Assembly: GCA_015657675.1 (NCBI GenBank)
Contig: JACDQI010000107.1
Coordinates: forward strand, 2,706-66,705
Direction: 5' to 3'
Length of the DNA stretch: 64,000 nt
Source: Devosia sp.
GTDB taxonomy: Bacteria > Pseudomonadota > Alphaproteobacteria > Rhizobiales > Devosiaceae
The translations under genes and the position numbers were made by a program. Position 1 is the first letter of the stretch, and each line of letters begins with the position of its first letter. Under the pieces are notes generated by a model, which was given only the letters and a program-made list of their open reading frames with translations, was not told the origin of the DNA and did no database searches. Positions 61,515-64,000 of the stretch are shown one piece after another.

Positions 61515-62624
61515 ATGAACACAGACGACAGCAATGCGGCCCCTCCCCAGCGGGGAGGGTCCAAGCGTACACGCGCCGTAAAGCGGGTCACCATGACTGA
61601 CGTGGCCCAGCTGGCCGGGGTCTCCCAATCGACGGTTTCGGTGGTGCTCAACGGCACCGCAGGGATCAAGATCGCCCGCGAGACGCACGAGCGGGTGGCC
61701 GAGGCAGTACGGACCCTCAACTACCGGCACCAGAAGAGCCTGCCGCGCCGCGGCACCGGCATCCGGCAGATCGCCATGATCTTTGACCAGATCGCCACCA
61801 GTCCCGAACCGGTGGTGTCGATTGATGGAGCGCGCGAAGAAGCCTGGAATACCGGGCACGTGGTCTCGGCCTACCAGACCTACAACGACCCCGAGATGGA
61901 GCCGCGCACCATCGATCTGGTGCTGCGCAACCGCGTCGATGCGATCATCTATGCAACAGTGATGACGCGCCAGGTGGTGGTGCCCGAGCCGCTCTACAAT
62001 GCCGGCATTCCGGTGGTGCTGCTGAACTGCTTTTCCGCCGATCGTCACTTTCCGAGTGTCGTGCCGGGAGAGGTGGCGGGCGGCATGAGTGCCACCAAAG
62101 CGCTGACCGACGCGGGGCACCGCCGCATCGCCCATATCACTGGCGAAATGTGGATGGACGCGGCACGCGACCGGCTGCGCGGCTATCGCGAGGCATTGGC
62201 GCAGGCTGACATCCCCTATGCACCTGAACTGGTGCACGAGGGCAACTGGCAGCCCAGCGCGGCCTACGAACACACCAAGGCCCTGCTGCAACTGCCCGAT
62301 CCGCCGACGGCGATCTTTTGCGCCAATGATCGAATGGCGGTCGGCTGCTACGAAGCGGTCAAGGAAATCGGGCTGCGGATCCCCGAGGACATCTCGGTGG
62401 TCGGCTATGACGATGAGGAAGTGGCACGGCACCTGTCGCCGCGGCTCACCACCATCGTCTTGCCGCATCGGGCCATGGGACGCTGGGCGGTGGAGAAGCT
62501 GCTCGACGGCGCGGCGCTGGGCCACGAGAAATATCACGTGGTCAAGCTGGAGTGTCCCTTGATTGAGCGCAGCTCGGTGGCGCCGCCGCGGTTGGTCACG
62601 GCAGGACGGCGGCGACGCGTATAA
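61515..62624 (+). CDS. LacI-family transcriptional regulator
   Basis: TMTDVAQLAGVSQSTVS HTH, PTAIFCAND, PEDISVVGYDD. Confidence 0.95.
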   Translation: MNTDDSNAAPPQRGGSKRTRAVKRVTMTDVAQLAGVSQSTVSVVLNGTAGIKIARETHERVAEAVRTLNYRHQKSLPRRGTGIRQIAMIFDQIATSPEPVVSIDGAREEAWNTGHVVSAYQTYNDPEMEPRTIDLVLRNRVDAIIYATVMTRQVVVPEPLYNAGIPVVLLNCFSADRHFPSVVPGEVAGGMSATKALTDAGHRRIAHITGEMWMDAARDRLRGYREALAQADIPYAPELVHEGNWQPSAAYEHTKALLQLPDPPTAIFCANDRMAVGCYEAVKEIGLRIPEDISVVGYDDEEVARHLSPRLTTIVLPHRAMGRWAVEKLLDGAALGHEKYHVVKLECPLIERSSVAPPRLVTAGRRRRV

Positions 62625-62658
62625 GTCGTACTATTTGCCACATTCTGCTCGTCTGCGG

Positions 62659-62674
62659 TGGTCTGATATGACAA
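62659..62674. promoter_or_regulatory. Candidate FadR/GntR autoregulatory operator
   Basis: TGGTC-TGATAT-GACAA imperfect palindrome, 23 nt upstream of the FadR gene. Confidence 0.5.
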
Positions 62675-62696
62675 GGGTCACAGAGATGAATGCAAC

Positions 62697-63449
62697 ATGA
62701 ACGGACAACGCGTGACGGGATACGCCGACACCCACGACTATGCCGCCGACGGACCGACACGGTCGCATACGGCGCACGTGGTTCGCGAACTGGGGATGGG
62801 CATCATTGCGGGCACCTATCCGGAAAAGAGCATTCTGCCGGGCGACGCCGAACTGATGGAGCAGTTCCAGGTGTCGCGCACAGTGCTGCGCGAGGCGATG
62901 AAGACGCTTGGCGGCAAGGGACTGATCCAGGCAAAGGCGCGGATCGGTACGCGGGTGCGGCCGCGGGCGGACTGGAACCTGTTTGATGCCGACGTGCTGA
63001 TCTGGCACGCCAAGTCGGGGTTCGACGCCGACTTCCTGATGTACCTCGGCGAGATGCGGCTGGCGCTGGAACCGGAAGCGGCCGCGCTGGCGGCGCAGCG
63101 GCGTACACCATTGCAGTTGCAGCACCTCTACGCCTGGGTGGAGAAGATGGGCGCCGACGACGTGTCGGTTGCCGAGTTCGTGCGCGCCGACCTGCAGTTC
63201 CACCTGGCGGTGGCGGGTGCCGCGGCGAATCCGTTCCTGCGCTCCATCTCGACGCTGATCGAGGTGGCGCTGGTCAACATGCTGACCATCAGCTCGCCGG
63301 TCGAGGATCCGGTGCAGCATGCGCAGTCGGTGGCGGCGCACCGCGCCATCGCCGATGCCATCGCGCGCCGCGATTCCAATCAGGCGCGCCAGGCCATGCG
63401 CGTGGTGATCGACCAGGGCATTGCCCGCCGTGATCGCGCCAAGGGGTAG
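62697..63449 (+). CDS. FadR/GntR family regulator (FCD domain)
   Basis: VSRTVLREAMKTL, GTRV, WNLFD, DLQFH, NPF, AHRAI. Confidence 0.93.
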   Translation: MNGQRVTGYADTHDYAADGPTRSHTAHVVRELGMGIIAGTYPEKSILPGDAELMEQFQVSRTVLREAMKTLGGKGLIQAKARIGTRVRPRADWNLFDADVLIWHAKSGFDADFLMYLGEMRLALEPEAAALAAQRRTPLQLQHLYAWVEKMGADDVSVAEFVRADLQFHLAVAGAAANPFLRSISTLIEVALVNMLTISSPVEDPVQHAQSVAAHRAIADAIARRDSNQARQAMRVVIDQGIARRDRAKG

Positions 63450-63491
63450 GGTTCTGGCGCAGCCAATGTGCAACTTTGGCGTTGCCACCTG

Positions 63492-63965
63492 ATGAGCAGA
63501 GCCTTCACCAAGGAAATCGACGACGCGCCGCCGCCGCCGCTGGAAGAGCGGACGATGAGCATGGCGCCAAACCTCGTCACGAAGCGTGGCGCGGCGCAGA
63601 TCCAGAGCGAGATTGATCGGCTCGATGCCGCGATTGCCGACGCCACCGGTGACCAACAGGCAGGCCTCTCGCGCGATCTGCGCTACTGGTCGGCGCGGCG
63701 CGCCACCATGCAGGTGGTGGAAGCAACCGAGCATCCTGCCGCCGTGGCCTTCGGCACGCTGGTCAGTATCAAGCGGGGCGGCCGCGTGACAACGCTCAGC
63801 ATTGTGGGCGAGGACGAAGCCGATCCTGCGACCGGGCACATCGCCTGGACCTCGCCGCTGGCCAGCGCCCTGCTCGAGTCGGAGGTGGGCGAAGTGGTGT
63901 CGTTTTCCGCCGGCGGCAGGGACGAGGAGATCGAGGTCCTCGAGATCCGCGGCTTGGCTAACTGA
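63492..63965 (+). CDS. GreA/GreB family elongation factor (short form)
   Basis: MSRAFTKE, RDLRYW, VAFGT, IVGEDEADP, SPLA. Confidence 0.9.
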   Translation: MSRAFTKEIDDAPPPPLEERTMSMAPNLVTKRGAAQIQSEIDRLDAAIADATGDQQAGLSRDLRYWSARRATMQVVEATEHPAAVAFGTLVSIKRGGRVTTLSIVGEDEADPATGHIAWTSPLASALLESEVGEVVSFSAGGRDEEIEVLEIRGLAN

Positions 63966-64000
63966 GCGGCCCTCACTGGCGAGTCTCTTTAGACATGGGG

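Overview
GC-rich alphaproteobacterial DNA that reads as two different genomes. About 1-9.4 kb looks sphingomonad (Sphingopyxis-like): PAP2 phosphatase, SH3 protein, 2-hydroxyacid dehydrogenase, nitronate-monooxygenase family, GT4, alpha/beta hydrolase, astD, cobA/cysG and DUF2849. From about 9.4 kb onward it looks Hyphomicrobiales (Devosia-like): cysI, a cysH-DUF934 fusion, FNR, ferredoxin, ycjXF, metA, a ~35 kb Caulobacter-type flagellar cluster ending in cckA, and a sugar ABC/LacI/FadR locus. I infer that the switch falls inside the conserved 5' part of cysI, most likely as a chimeric assembly. Eight genes carry small deletion frameshifts that look like sequencing errors. The most interesting unexplained signal is a ~320-nt, strongly base-paired, minus-strand RNA-like element at 55776-56092 that I cannot assign to a known family. 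Next is a GGA-loop hairpin at an identical position in the leaders of both flagellin genes. All calls come from reading the sequence; no database searches or folding programs were run.
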